In this document: positions 18,902 to 28,900 of the stretch, piece after piece | How positions within the stretch are numbered: position 1 is the first letter of the stretch | Layout: each line of letters opens with the position of its first letter | DNA from: Rickettsiales bacterium | GTDB taxonomy: Bacteria; Pseudomonadota; Alphaproteobacteria; UBA8366 | Direction of reading: 5' to 3' | Assembly: GCA_038131165.1 (NCBI GenBank) | Contig: JAYPOZ010000008.1 | Coordinates: 3,891 to 67,890 of the forward strand | DNA: 64,000 bases | Program-made: the position numbers and the translations under genes | Notes under the pieces: model-generated | Told to the model about the DNA's origin: nothing | Seen by the model: the letters and a program-made list of their open reading frames with translations, nothing else | The model's database searches: none

Positions 18902-20173
18902 GTGTCGGGCACGATCGTCTTCGTCCTCAAGGGCTATCCGAGGCTCTCGGAAACCTTTATCGCACAGGAAATCGCGGCGCTCGAACAGCGTGGCCTGCCG
19001 ATCCAGATCGTATCGCTCAGGCATCCGACCGACGCCGAGAAGCACCCGGTCCACGACGAAATTTCCGCGCCCGTGCGATATCTTCCGGAGTATCTCCATC
19101 AGGAGCCGGTACGGGTCGTGCGGGCGTGGTTCCGGCAGCGCAAGGGCCCGCATTTCAGGGCCGCGATGGCGACATGGTGGCGGGATTTTAAGCGCGGCCC
19201 GTTCCGCAATCGGCTGCGGCATTTCGGACAGGCGATCGTGCTGGTCGACGAACTCGATAAGGGATGCCGGCATCTGCACGCCCATTTTCTGCACACGCCG
19301 GCGTCCGTCGCGCGCTACGCGGCGGTGCTGAGCGGCTTGAAGTGGAGCTGTTCGGCGCACGCAAAGGACATCTGGACCACGCCAGATTGGGAGAAGGCCG
19401 AGAAGCTCGGCGAAATGGAGTGGCTTGTCACGTGCACGGAAGTCGGCCGCGCCCATCTGGCGGCGCTGGCGCCCGACGAGAACCGCGTGGAATTGGTCTA
19501 TCATGGGCTGGATTTCAGCCGCTTCGCCGAATTGGAACGCCCGGCCCGGCGTAAGGACGGCAGCAATCCGGCGGACCCCTTGTTGATTCTCTCGGTGGGC
19601 CGTGCGGTGCCGAAGAAGGGCTACGATGTGTTGTTGCGCGCGCTTGCAGGGCTGCCCGGCTCGATGCATTGGCGGTTTATCCATATCGGCGGCGGCGCGA
19701 TATTGAGTTCCCTGAAGGAGCAGGCGCGCAAACTGGGGATCGAGGACAAGGTAACGTGGCGAGGCCCGCAAGCGCAGGAAGCGGTGCTGCGCGCCTATGG
19801 GGAAGCGGACATCTTCGTTTTGGCCAGCCGGATCGCCGAGAACGGCGACCGCGACGGGCTCCCGAATGTGCTGTTGGAAGCGCAAAGCCAGGGATTGCCG
19901 TGTGTCTCGACACGGGTGTCGGCCATTCCGGAATTGGTACGGGACGGAGAGACGGGGCTGCTCGTCCCCCAGGAGGACGACGTGGCACTACGGGGAGCGT
20001 TGGAAACCCTGATCACCGACCCGCCGCTCCGCCATCGTCTGGCGCGCGCGGGGTTTGCGCGGGTGCGCGAGGTGTTCGCGCACGAAGCGGGGATCGCGCG
20101 GCTTGCCGAAAAATTTGGGTTGGAGCCGCCACGGGGGTCGCTTAAGACCGGGTCTCTCAAAGAACGGGCATGA
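18902..20173 (+). CDS. Glycosyltransferase family 4 (group 1)
   Basis: GTG start 9 nt after the preceding stop. An EX7E region is present: GLPNVLLEAQSQGLPCVSTRVSAIPELVRDGETGLLVP. Confidence 0.85.
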   Translation: MSGTIVFVLKGYPRLSETFIAQEIAALEQRGLPIQIVSLRHPTDAEKHPVHDEISAPVRYLPEYLHQEPVRVVRAWFRQRKGPHFRAAMATWWRDFKRGPFRNRLRHFGQAIVLVDELDKGCRHLHAHFLHTPASVARYAAVLSGLKWSCSAHAKDIWTTPDWEKAEKLGEMEWLVTCTEVGRAHLAALAPDENRVELVYHGLDFSRFAELERPARRKDGSNPADPLLILSVGRAVPKKGYDVLLRALAGLPGSMHWRFIHIGGGAILSSLKEQARKLGIEDKVTWRGPQAQEAVLRAYGEADIFVLASRIAENGDRDGLPNVLLEAQSQGLPCVSTRVSAIPELVRDGETGLLVPQEDDVALRGALETLITDPPLRHRLARAGFARVREVFAHEAGIARLAEKFGLEPPRGSLKTGSLKERA

Positions 20174-20206
20174 CCGCGCTTTCGGACGAAGGGAGTTGAA
20201 GGCGAT

Positions 20207-21367
20207 TTGAGCGTCTCGATAAAAACCCGCGTCTTTTTCTACGTCCAGCATCTGCTCGGTATCGGCCACCTGCGCCGGGCGGCCCTCCTCTGCCGCGCGA
20301 TGTCCCTCGCGGGATACGACGTGGCCATGGCGATGGGCGGCATGCCGGTGCCCAATCTCGATGTGGGAGATTCCGAGATCGTCCAATTGCCGCCGCTGCG
20401 AATCGGAGACGGCGGATTCAACGATCTCGTCGATCAGGCAGGCGGAAAGGTCGACGAAGCCTGGAAGACCGCCCGCCGGGAGCGGCTGATCGCCGCTTTC
20501 GAGGCGCATGCGGCGCATGTCTTGATCACCGAGGCGTTTCCGTTCGGACGCCGGCAAATGCGGTTCGAATTGATGCCTCTGCTGGAGGCGGCGGCGCGGC
20601 AGGACCTGCCGCCTCTCGTCGTCTGTTCGGTGCGCGATTTGCTCAAATCGCGCCTCAAGCCCGGGCGGGCGGAAGAGACGGTCGATCTCATTACCGAGTA
20701 TTACGACCTGGTCATGGTTCACGGAGATCCGTCGTTCGCCGAGCTGCGGGAAACCTTTCCGGGGGCGGACGCGTTCGCGGCGAAGATTCGGTATACCGGT
20801 ATGGTCGCGCCGCCTAAGGCGGACGCGGGACGGCCTGCTTCCGATATGCCGGCGGTGCTGGTCTCCGCCGGTGGCGGCGCGGTGGGCGAGCGCCTGTTTC
20901 GGACGGCTTTGGAAGCGCGGCCGCTGAGCCGGTTCGGGTCGGCGTCATGGTGGCTGCTCGTCGGACCGAATTTCGCGGAGGAGAGCTTGGAGGAATTGCG
21001 GCGATCCGCGCCTGATGGAGTGCGGATCGAACGCTACCGGAAGGATTTTCCGGCGTTGCTGGAGAGCTGCGCGGTTTCGGTCTCGCAGGCGGGATACAAC
21101 ACCGTGGCCGATATCCTGCAATCGGGCGCGGCCGCCGTCTTGGTGCCGTTTGACCTGGATGGGGAGGACGAGCAGCCGAGACGGGCGGCGAAACTCGCGG
21201 CGCTGGGGCGCGTTCAATCGATCGTGGGCGACGAATTGACGCCGGAGAGCCTCGCGGATGCGATAGACCGCGCCACCGACGCGCCGGAGGTCGAATGTAC
21301 GTTGGACTTGTGCGGGGCGGCGCATTCCGTGGCCGTGCTGCGCCAGGCGATCGAGAAGCGCGGCTGA
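20207..21367 (+). CDS. GT-B glycosyltransferase, paralog of the 17675 gene
   Basis: TTG start. FFYVQHLLGIGHLRRAALLCRAM and AGYNTVADILQSGAAAVLVP are present. Confidence 0.7.
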   Translation: MSVSIKTRVFFYVQHLLGIGHLRRAALLCRAMSLAGYDVAMAMGGMPVPNLDVGDSEIVQLPPLRIGDGGFNDLVDQAGGKVDEAWKTARRERLIAAFEAHAAHVLITEAFPFGRRQMRFELMPLLEAAARQDLPPLVVCSVRDLLKSRLKPGRAEETVDLITEYYDLVMVHGDPSFAELRETFPGADAFAAKIRYTGMVAPPKADAGRPASDMPAVLVSAGGGAVGERLFRTALEARPLSRFGSASWWLLVGPNFAEESLEELRRSAPDGVRIERYRKDFPALLESCAVSVSQAGYNTVADILQSGAAAVLVPFDLDGEDEQPRRAAKLAALGRVQSIVGDELTPESLADAIDRATDAPEVECTLDLCGAAHSVAVLRQAIEKRG

Positions 21368-21369
21368 GG

Positions 21370-22110
21370 TTATTTTCGGCCGATCAGCATGAAGCGGGTA
21401 TATTTATCGAACTCCAACGCGCCGTCGAACAGGCGTTCGCCGAGCGGCACCTGCGCCTTAAAGCTTTCCAGGTCGGGGACGCAATTGATGTGCTCCGGCT
21501 CGGAGAAATAATCGTTCGACTGAAGGACCAGCAGGACACCTTCGGGCAGCCCCTCGAACCATTCCTCGAAACGGTCCAAATGCTCGCAACTGGTGTTGAT
21601 GATCAAATCTGGCGACGGCAGGGCGTTGCGACCGGCACGGACGCCTGCGGGACCATAGCTCAGCTCGACAATGTCTGCGGTGACCGGCGTGAACAGCCCG
21701 TCCTCCACGGCCGCCGCATTCAGGCTATTGGCAATGGGGGCGCATGCCGGATCGAGATCGAAGCTGACCACATGATCGACCTCGAAACGGGAATCGTGCA
21801 CGAAGAGCGCCGCCAGAACGCCGTACCAACCGCCAAGGACATGAACCGTGCCCAATTGTCCGCCATGGGCTTCGAAGAGCCCGTCGAGGAGCCAAAGCTT
21901 GGACGCGGTCTGGCGGCGATTAAGCGCATTTCCCAAACCGGAGGCGGGATAGGCAAGCGCTGTATTGCGGATATCCGAGATGAAGCGGCTTTCATAGAAC
22001 AGCGACAGCCCGTCCAGGATATCCTTGTAGAATTGATCCTTCTTCAGCATCGGGCCCGCTTTACGGGTCGCGCCGAAATTGTCTGTCCGTGCTGCAAGTG
22101 TACCCTCCAC
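21370..22110 (-). CDS. Hypothetical protein, possible Rossmann-fold methyltransferase
   Basis: VHVLGGWYGVLAA resembles a degenerate motif I, and VVSFDLDP resembles post-I. The start is uncertain (GTG 22110 or ATG 22050). It lies downstream of, and in the same orientation as, the cNMP-ABC gene. Confidence 0.45.
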   Translation of the reverse strand: MEGTLAARTDNFGATRKAGPMLKKDQFYKDILDGLSLFYESRFISDIRNTALAYPASGLGNALNRRQTASKLWLLDGLFEAHGGQLGTVHVLGGWYGVLAALFVHDSRFEVDHVVSFDLDPACAPIANSLNAAAVEDGLFTPVTADIVELSYGPAGVRAGRNALPSPDLIINTSCEHLDRFEEWFEGLPEGVLLVLQSNDYFSEPEHINCVPDLESFKAQVPLGERLFDGALEFDKYTRFMLIGRK

Positions 22111-22215
22111 ATTCCGCTAGAGAGTGCACAATCGCATGCGCGAATTCAAAGTCAAACTGCGGCGCCGAGGTGCCTTTCGGTACCGTCGAAGATGCGGCAT
22201 GACCTGAGGAACGCC

Positions 22216-25200
22216 CTAGGCAGCGTCCTGAAGTTGTTCCGTCATGCTGTAAAGGCGGTCGCTCATGACACGGGCGATATGCGCCGCGACATGTGGACTG
22301 CCTTCGAGCAAGTCGAGGAACAGATCCTTCTTCAGCTCCAGTACGGTCACGTCCGTATTCGCGCGGACCGTGGCGGAACGGGGCTTCGTACTCAGCAATG
22401 CCATGTCTCCCACCAACTCGTTCTGCTCGAGGTGGTTGACGATGAGCTCTTCGTCTCCCTCTCCGATAATGATATCGACGGCGCCGTCGAGAATGACGTA
22501 GGCCGCGGTTCCGGGGTCGCCTTGATGGAACAGATCCTCGCCTTTGGCGTAAGTCAGACGCTCGCTGGTAAAGGCCAGCAGCTTGAGCCGCGAGGGATCC
22601 ATTTCGGAAAAGAGGGGCACTTGTCCCAAAGCGGAAATTTCCGCATTGAGGATGGTGCCGCCGTCTTCGACATCGCTCTCGACTGCACCGACGGCGGACG
22701 GCAACGGTGCCTCCTGCTCCGAAATGCGTTCTTCGATACGGCCGTTGCGAAGGACCAGTACTTGGTCGAACTCGCTCGCGTCCGGCATTTCGCTGTCGAT
22801 CCAGATGATGGTCGTCTCCGGTAGCAGCGCGTTGATTTTCAATCGGATGCGGTCGCGAGTCTCCCGGTCGTGAGCGCTCAGAGCTTCGTTGATCACCAGG
22901 ATTTCCGGTCGTTTCACGATGCTGCGCAGTAACACGATGCTTTGGCGCGCCGCCAAAGGTATCCGCCGTCCGCCAATTCCAACGTCGAAGTCCGCGGCCG
23001 CAAGCACGACCTCGGTTGTCAAATCCATCTCGTCGAGCACGTCGCGAAGGATTTGATCGACCTTCTCTTCCGCCTGCGGCCTTCCGGCGTTGACGCGGCC
23101 CATGATAAGATTGGATCGAAGCGGAAGCTGTGAGTTGAATTCCTCGGGATTGAAGAAGGAAATCGCATCCCGCCGATCTTCCGGAAGCTGATCCCGGAAT
23201 CGGCGCCGAGCGTCCAGAATGCGCGACTGCATATCGTCATCGATATGGCCGAGGCGATGGCGTTCCACAACCAATTCGAACGTCAACGAAATAAGGCGGG
23301 CATTATCCTCTTCGTTCAACGCATCGTTCCCGTCGCGTTTCGCCAGAGCGACAATTCGTTTCAATTCCTGTAAGGAATCGTCGTCGACGAAATTGAACTG
23401 CTCGAAGATCGGAGCATCCGACGACATACCGTCGAACATATCGATCAGAGTGGCGGCAACTTGAAGGCCGATGTCCCGGAACCTGTTCGTCAGATCGCAG
23501 GCATCCAAAATCGAGCGAACGAAATCGTTGCCGCCAAGGTTCTTGAGCGAGAACTGTCCGTCGACCGAAACGCCGAAAATCAGGTTCGCACCGACGGTTG
23601 CACTGACATTGTACTCGTCGAAATCGAACGGATGGATAAGGTCGGCCAGGGTGCTGTCGTCCCGCATGCGCTCCAGGACGCGATGCCGCGCACGTACGAT
23701 ATTGGCAGCCAGTTCCGGATTCGCATCGGCATCGATGGTCATGTTCATGGCGCGGCCATACATGAAATCTTCGAGTTCGACCGCATGCAGCGTTTGATAC
23801 CACCAAGCCAATAATTCCTCGTGGCTGGAGACCCTGGCATCGCCATAGTCGATCCATTCGGCTTGAATGTCGTGGGCGCTGTTGCCCGAGGAGGCGGCTT
23901 CAATGCGGTCTTTTTCGCGTTCAGGGTCGTCATCCGGAAGGACGACCGGCTGATGTTTCAGGCCGTAGAACACATTGTAGCCGATGGTGCCGTCGAACAC
24001 GTAGGAATCGGGGCCGGCATAGCCGACGCGCTTGCCGATCACCGCCTCGTGCAACTGAGTGTAATCGTGCTCCCCGACCGAGATGCGTCCCTGCGACGGT
24101 TGAAGCAGCCGGGTAAGGAGATGCGCCAGGTTGTCTCTACCGCTGCCGCCAGCGACGACGGCGATTCGGCTGCCGGGCGGCGCGTCGAAGGAAATGCCGT
24201 CGAGCGACTTTACGCCGTCCTCGTCTGAAATGGAAACATTGCTTACGGCCAACCCGGCTCCCAGGTTTGGAATTGTCTCGGGCCGATCCGTCAACAAGAG
24301 CGATTCGGGTATCATATCGGCCGGATCGAACTGTTCGGTCACCTGCTGGTATTTGATTTTTGCGTCCATCATCCGCTGGTAGTACTTCAGCAATTCCTTC
24401 CAGGGCTGCATCAGCTGGCTATAGGCGCCGAGAACGGCGACCAGCTGCCCGATATCGAGCTTGCCTTCGAGAATGAGCACGCCGCCCACCGAATAGAACA
24501 GCAGCGGCGTCAGCTTCAGCAGGAAATTATTGAGGAACTTCAGGAACGCCTTGTTCTGATAGATCTTCATGCGGACTTTGAAGATTCCGGTCAGGTGATG
24601 CGTGAAATCCGCCAGGGAGAACGCCGCCGTGTCGTGAGTATGGATGTCGTTGACGCCGGAAACCGCTTCGCTGATGCGTCCCGCGACACCCCGGATGCGG
24701 ACCACGCGTTCCTTGGCCAGGAGATTTATTCGCTTTTGCAGTTTCGGGATGATGTAGGCTTGCAGCGGAATGATCGAAATGCTCGCCAGACCCATAATCG
24801 GGTCCTGGACGAAGACAAAGACGAGGACGGTCAGCATGGTGCCGCCTTGAAAAAGCGGCAGTTCGACGGCGTCCGCGAAGAATTGGCTGAACGGCTCGAC
24901 CTCAGCGGTGATCATCGAAGTGATTTCGCCTTGCGAAGTCTTTTGAAACTGCTTGAGCGGGAAACGGTGGATGCGTTCGAAGAGTTGATAGCGCAAGCGG
25001 CGCAGGAGGCGCTCCGAGGTAATGCCCTTAAAGACGAACAGCGACATCATGATGCCGCCGTTCACGATCAGGAGGATGAGAAAGAGACCGCACAGCGTCA
25101 GCAGATATTCCTGCTGATCGAATTCGATTCCGAGATAAGTGCGCGGAAAAGGGATGGCATCGGGTTTCGAGCCCAGGGCATCGTTGACGATAATCTTCGG

Positions 25201-25311
25201 TAGTTCCAGCGAGTAGTAGAGAAGCGGAAAAGATGCGACCGTCACGCACAGAATGACGAGCTGATATCCCCGACTATAACGCCAGATAAAACCGTAAAGT
25301 CCCTTTTCCAC
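22216..25311 (-). CDS. ABC-exporter-fold membrane protein with degenerate NBD and C-terminal cyclic-nucleotide-binding domain
   Basis: GTG start with GAGAGGA 8 nt upstream. There is an N-terminal six-helix type-I exporter TMD. The NBD-like region carries AGGSGRDNL, IGGRR, ILVINEALSAHD and IIWIDSEM. The C-terminal region FHQGDPGTAAYVILDGAVDI...ELVGDMALLSTKPRSATVRA is CAP/cNMP-like. Confidence 0.8.
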   Translation of the reverse strand: MEKGLYGFIWRYSRGYQLVILCVTVASFPLLYYSLELPKIIVNDALGSKPDAIPFPRTYLGIEFDQQEYLLTLCGLFLILLIVNGGIMMSLFVFKGITSERLLRRLRYQLFERIHRFPLKQFQKTSQGEITSMITAEVEPFSQFFADAVELPLFQGGTMLTVLVFVFVQDPIMGLASISIIPLQAYIIPKLQKRINLLAKERVVRIRGVAGRISEAVSGVNDIHTHDTAAFSLADFTHHLTGIFKVRMKIYQNKAFLKFLNNFLLKLTPLLFYSVGGVLILEGKLDIGQLVAVLGAYSQLMQPWKELLKYYQRMMDAKIKYQQVTEQFDPADMIPESLLLTDRPETIPNLGAGLAVSNVSISDEDGVKSLDGISFDAPPGSRIAVVAGGSGRDNLAHLLTRLLQPSQGRISVGEHDYTQLHEAVIGKRVGYAGPDSYVFDGTIGYNVFYGLKHQPVVLPDDDPEREKDRIEAASSGNSAHDIQAEWIDYGDARVSSHEELLAWWYQTLHAVELEDFMYGRAMNMTIDADANPELAANIVRARHRVLERMRDDSTLADLIHPFDFDEYNVSATVGANLIFGVSVDGQFSLKNLGGNDFVRSILDACDLTNRFRDIGLQVAATLIDMFDGMSSDAPIFEQFNFVDDDSLQELKRIVALAKRDGNDALNEEDNARLISLTFELVVERHRLGHIDDDMQSRILDARRRFRDQLPEDRRDAISFFNPEEFNSQLPLRSNLIMGRVNAGRPQAEEKVDQILRDVLDEMDLTTEVVLAAADFDVGIGGRRIPLAARQSIVLLRSIVKRPEILVINEALSAHDRETRDRIRLKINALLPETTIIWIDSEMPDASEFDQVLVLRNGRIEERISEQEAPLPSAVGAVESDVEDGGTILNAEISALGQVPLFSEMDPSRLKLLAFTSERLTYAKGEDLFHQGDPGTAAYVILDGAVDIIIGEGDEELIVNHLEQNELVGDMALLSTKPRSATVRANTDVTVLELKKDLFLDLLEGSPHVAAHIARVMSDRLYSMTEQLQDAA

Positions 25312-25692
25312 CGTTCAAATCCTCTCATGGTCAAGACGGAACGCCGTCAAAAGATAATGACGCGCGAGCTGGGGTTGCCCAGTGCCGATTTTCGGTATGG
25401 TACGAATACGACAGAATGCATTAGCGGTCGCGCGTCTGGTCACATGGATCCCAGTCGAGCGTCGCCAAAGGTCTGTATCCGTCAAACTCCCCAAAATGTA
25501 GCGTCAATCATATGAATCAATCGCAAGATTAGACAACCAAACAAGGCGTGGTAGGGCATCGGCAGGTTGCCAGTTTCGGGCCTTCGGCAATAAATATGGA
25601 CGTCTTAGGCTTGGAAATCTCCCAAATATTCCGGAACTGAGTTACACTTAATAAAAAAGACGGAGTAACCTCAAACCAGACTGAGGGACGTC

Positions 25693-25983
25693 ATGCCGAT
25701 ATATATTAGCTTAGTGAACTATACCGAGTCGGGTCTGCGCGACATTAAGAAATCGCCGGATCGGTTGGCGGCGGCTCGCCGCGAGGCCAAGGAATTAGGG
25801 GGCACAATCGATAAAGTGTACCTGACAATGGGCGATTTTGATTTAATGACGATCGCCGATTTTCCGGACGATGCGACGGCGGCGACCTTTGCGCTGCGTC
25901 TCGGCGCGCAAGGAAATGCGCGCACAAAAACCATGAAAGCCTTCCCCGAGGAAGCTTTCATAGAAATCGTCAAGGCGATCTAG
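25693..25983 (+). CDS. GYD domain-containing protein
   Basis: 96 aa. MPIYISLVNYTESGL...YLTMGDFDLMTIADFPDD matches the GYD-family pattern. Confidence 0.8.
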   Translation: MPIYISLVNYTESGLRDIKKSPDRLAAARREAKELGGTIDKVYLTMGDFDLMTIADFPDDATAATFALRLGAQGNARTKTMKAFPEEAFIEIVKAI

Positions 25984-25995
25984 AACAGCGCAACG

Positions 25996-28900
25996 TCACT
26001 CGGCGGCGACGTCAGATTTCGCCTGTGGGTTCCTGAATTCTGCCAGTAGTTCGATTTCACGCGCTTTGGCCTCGGAGATGCTTTTCTCCTTGATATGTCC
26101 GTAGCCTCGGATTTGTTCCGGCAGGGAGGCGATTTCGACGGCGACGCCATGATTTGCCGGCGTCAGGTCGCGCAGCAGGCTTTCGGTCGTCGCCTCGTAT
26201 TCTTTTATCAGCTGACGTTCCCGCTTGCGTTCTTGGGTATATCCAAAGGCGTCCAGCGGCGTTCCCCGCAAAATTTTCAGGCGCGCTAAGGCACGAAACG
26301 CCGGCAGAATCCATTCCCCGACTTCCATCTTTCTAGGTACGCCCGTATCCGGGTCGCGCCGGGCAAACATCGGCGGCGCCAGATGGAACTTCAGTTTATA
26401 CCCTGGCTCGAACTTATCGCCGACTTCCGCCAGGAAATCCGTTTCCGTATGCAGCCGGGCAACTTCGTACTCGTCCTTATAGGCGAGCAATTTGAAATAG
26501 TAGCGGGCGACCGCCAGTGTCAACGCTTCGGCACCCTGCACGCGATGTGCCTCGGACGTCTGTACCTTCACGACAAAGTCCTTATAGCGCCGCGCGAGCG
26601 CCCGGCCTTGATACCCGGTGAGGAAGTCGACGCGGCGCTCAACATGACTTACGAGAGTATCCGCTTGCTTTGGTTCGTCGATGCCGACGTCTTCGTCGCT
26701 GCTCGCCATCTTTCGGACAAGCGCCAGATCGTGTGCAGCCCGCCGGCCCCAGGTAAAGGCCTGCTTGTTCGCTTCGACCGCCACACCATTCAGCTCAATG
26801 GCCTGGAAGAGCGCCTCGCGCGAGACCGGCACGAGGCCCTTTTGCCAGGCGCAGCCGAGCATGAACATGTTGCTGGCGATCGAGTTACCCAGCAATTCGG
26901 TTGCAAGCTTGGTCGCTTCGAGAAAATCCGTCCTGTCGCTGCCGACGACTTTTGCGATGGTTTGGTGCAGTTCGTCGCCTGGAAAAGACATATCGGGATC
27001 GCGGGTGAAATCGCCTGTGATCGTCTCGTGACTGTTCACGACGGCACGGGTCGTGCCGGGCGCGACTTTGGAAAGCGCGTCGAAACCGGCCGCGGTGACG
27101 ATATCGCAGCCCAGCATCATATCGGCGCCGCCCGCCGCGATCCGCACCGCGTGCAGATCTTCCGGACGATCTGCGATCCGGATATGGGTGAGCACGGCAC
27201 CGCCCTTCTGCGCCAGGCCAACCATGTCCAACACCGAACAGCCCTTGCCTTCGATATGGGCCGCCATGGCGACAATGGCGCCGATCGTCACCACGCCGGT
27301 CCCGCCGATGCCGGTGACCAGCATTCCAAAAGGTTCCGCCGTGCCGGGGAGGACCGGTTCCGGCAGAGCCTCGAAAATATCGGGAACCGAGATTTCCTGG
27401 CCCGACGTCCGGGGCTTTTTCAGGTCTGTGCCATGGACGGTCACGAAACTGGGGCAGAAGCCGTTTACGCAAGAATAATCCTTGTTGCAGCTCGATTGGT
27501 CGATGGTTCTCTTGCGGCCGAATTCCGTTTCCTTCGGCACGACCGAGAGGCAATTCGATTTAACCGAGCAATCACCGCACCCTTCGCAAACCAGATCGTT
27601 GATCATCACGCGCTTGAGGGGGTCCGGAAAGGTGCCGCGCCGGCGGCGGCGGCGTTTCTCCGCGGCACAGGTCTGGTCGTAGACGAACACGGTCACGCCC
27701 TTTTCGGTGCGCAACTCCTTCTGCACCTTCATCAAATCGTCGCGGTGGAAAATCTTGGTGCCTTTGGCGAATCCCGCGTCGCTCGGATATTTGTCCGGCT
27801 CGTCGGTTACGACGACGACCCGCGTGGCGCCTTCCGCCATCATCTGTTGCGTGATGCGCGGCACGGTCAACGGCCCGTCGTGGGGTTGTCCGCCGGTCAT
27901 CGCGACGGCGTCGTTGAACAGAATCTTATAGGTCATGTTCACGCCGGCGGCGATGGATTGCCGGATCGCCATCAAGCCGGAGTGATAGTAGGTGCCGTCG
28001 CCGATATTGGCGAAGACATGCTCTTCGTCGGTAAAGGGCGAGATGCCGACCCAGGGAACTCCCTCCGCCCCCATATGGGTGAAGGTTGCGGTGTTTCGCT
28101 CCATCCACTGCGCCATGAAATGGCAGCCGATTCCCGACAAAGCCCGGCTGCCGTCCGGCACCTTGGTCGAGGAGTTGTGCGGACAGCCGGAACAGAAATA
28201 AGGCGTCCGCTGGAACCCTTCGGCATTGCTTTGCAAGGCCTGTTCCTGGGATTCAAGATATTTGACCCGGTCGTCGAGCTGACGGCTGGTATGGAATTGG
28301 GTCAGCCGCTTGGCGATCACGCGCGCGATCTGCGTGGGCGTCAGCTCGCCGATCGACGGCAGAATCCATTCGCCCGCCTCGTCGAATTTTCCGATCACCC
28401 GCGGCCGCCGGTCCGCGCGCCAATTGTAGAGTTGTTCCTTCAGCTGATTTTCGATCAGCGCGCGCTTCTCCTCGACGACCAGCACTTCCTCCAGGCCTTC
28501 ACAGAACTGGCGAATGCCCTCGCGCTCGAGCGGCCAGGTCATGCCCACCTTGTAAATCGATAGACCGATGGCGCGGGCGTAATCCTCGTTAATGCCCAGT
28601 TCTTCGAGCGCTTGGCGCACGTCCAGATAGGACTTGCCGCAGGTCACGATGCCGAAACGCCGGTTGGGGCCGTCCAGCACGGCCTTGTCCAGTTTGTTGG
28701 CCCGCGCGAACGCCAGGACCGCGTTGATCTTGTAGCGGTGAAGCCGTTCCTCCATTTCCAGCGGAGTATCCGGATAGCGGATGCTCAATCCCCCTTCCGG
28801 CATCGCGAAATCGTCGGGCCGGCGAATATCGACCCGGTGCGGATCGACATAGACAGAGGCCGAACTGTCGACCGTCTCGGCGATCAATTTGAACGCCGTC

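Noticed and set aside
25312-25692. 381-nt A/T-richer intergenic region containing track ORF 25327..25515 (62 aa).
   Set aside because: The ORF lacks the strong GC3 bias of real genes here and has no motif or Shine-Dalgarno sequence. The region is most simply the divergent promoter and 5' UTR space for the cNMP-ABC and GYD genes. I saw no structured RNA motif that I recognise.
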